Of a stretch of 64,000 nt of DNA, positions 62,618-64,000 are shown piece by piece (within the stretch, counting starts at the first letter, position 1; the number at the start of each line of letters is the position of its first letter). Below the pieces are notes generated by a model. The model ran no database searches. It saw only the letters and a list, made by a program, of their open reading frames with translations, and was not told where the DNA came from. The stretch spans positions 172,020 through 236,019 of the forward strand of contig MU006094.1 of NCBI GenBank assembly GCA_010093705.1, written 5' to 3'. The position numbers were made by a program, and so were the translations under genes. The stretch comes from Patellaria atrata CBS 101060. Taxonomy: Eukaryota.

Positions 62618-64000
62618 TCACTGATTTCCTTTTATTCTTTTGTTCCCTCCTACTCTTGGACTTGCCTTGACCTTCCCGCCTGTGCCATTGACCTCACCGC
62701 CCCCTGGATCATCTCCTTCTAATTTGATGGCGCTCTGTCTCCGTTTCTTATTATTGACATTAGGACTAGTATTCGCGCTTGCGCCTGCAGAGCTGCTTGT
62801 ACCCTGCTGACTACCTTGTGCAACTAGACCAGGGGCCGACATATGCGTGTGAGCAGGTGATGGTGTATGCTGCTGACCAAGGTGATTATTCATTAGATGT
62901 GGTGAGCCATTTATGGCTGGGTTTAGTTGGCCTGGGAGTGCTAGGTTGGCCATGTGAGGTGACATATATTGGTTTGGTTGCTGACCAGGTGGTAAATTGG
63001 GATTTGGAGTCCTCGCCCCCGACTGCATATGCTGCTGTTGTAACATGCCTGGATTACCGTTGGGTGGCATGTTCATCTGAGGTCCTTGGCTTCCGGGATT
63101 CTGCTGGTTCTGCGGCTGCTGTGGATAACTGGCGACCAACTTATCCACTGCATCATACGGTGTCAAACCGTCATTCTGTACTTGAAAACTAATCAGATCT
63201 CGCATCAAGAACAAAGTCTCGCAGATCTACATGAGATTTGTTAGTGAAACTGATCTTATATTTATGAACTAAAGGTCACTAAAAGAATGCACCAACCTCA
63301 AGGAATCGAAGAACCCTTTCGGGTACGGTCCACGCTGAAGATGGCGAGTCTGGAAGATCTGTCTGGCTAATACTTGGTATTATTGGCATCTGTTCTTGCT
63401 GGCGTGCTTGATTTCTCTGCCGTCCGCCGGCAGTTCGGTTCATGCGAGGTGATTGTTGTTGATGTAAAGCATCTTGATTTAGGAGCTTCTCTAGAAGCGA
63501 ACGAGGGATATAATGCTGATGCTCTAACATCTCAAAATTCAAGTTTGTTATGAGATCCTGTTGGTTTAAAGTTGCATGCAATTTCCCGAAATATATGACC
63601 TTATCGAGTATATCAGAACATCACTTTTCAAAAGGAGAATTCAAAGCTTACATGCGTTCCATCACCATACCAATGGATGAACTTTGCTCTTTCTGCAACC
63701 ACAAAGTGTTGCCCCTGTCCAAAGTCTTTCTCATTCGTACCCTCAATTACTAGCTGAATGCTTTCCACTCCGCTTTCACATTGGGTATAGAAATACCGTG
63801 GTATAGCTGAGCTCGGAATGTCGAACTGTTTGGTCCTACCCAGCTTGCTATTTTTAATAATGAGTGCAAAAATGCTCTCGTCAGAAAAGAAGTTATCTAC
63901 TAAAGTTTTCCAGGGGCCAATTTCGTTATGGTGTTCTTTGGCTTTTAATCGACCTAGATGGTCTGCAAATGAGAACAACTTTAGAATTGCGGTGCCAGCA
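62618..64000 (-). CDS. LIM-domain-binding (LDB/SEUSS-type) transcriptional co-regulator, PtaB/Mfg1-like; 5' end lies outside the window
   Basis: LLFSFADHL-like..W..LVDNFFS..KQFDIPSSAIPRYF..AKFIHWY; VLRFLE|ICETLFLMRDL; Q/P/N-rich tail SANTSPNVNNKKRR..KASPRVG. Confidence 0.8.

Overview
Gene-dense eukaryotic DNA from a filamentous ascomycete (Pezizomycotina-type: short GT-AG introns with CTRAC branch points, fused TrpA-TrpB). About 23 protein genes, mostly housekeeping: RGP1, RRG9, an MpaB/Lcp-like oxygenase, cytosolic LeuRS, a NagA-type deacetylase, Mug190-like C2 protein, Gyp5-like Rab GAP, an FAD monooxygenase, TRP5, PGA2, MHF1, an ADH6-like dehydrogenase, RFC1, MRPL16, a Ras-like/RasGEF fusion, a YeeE/YedE transporter, MRPL24, a DUF4448 protein, a thioredoxin-like membrane protein and the 3' part of a PtaB/Mfg1-like gene. 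A gene-poor zone (about 49-56.8 kb) holds a 17-bp minisatellite around a 100-N gap and a candidate structured Pol III RNA (A-box, B-box, oligo-T) that does not fold as a tRNA. That RNA is the best lead for an undescribed element. Other leads are recurring strand-symmetric C-rich to G-rich switches, an in-frame intronic ATG and a 61-aa duplication in RFC1, and a possible micro-exon in the RasGEF gene. All family calls come from motif recognition by eye and exon boundaries were inferred manually; no searches were run.
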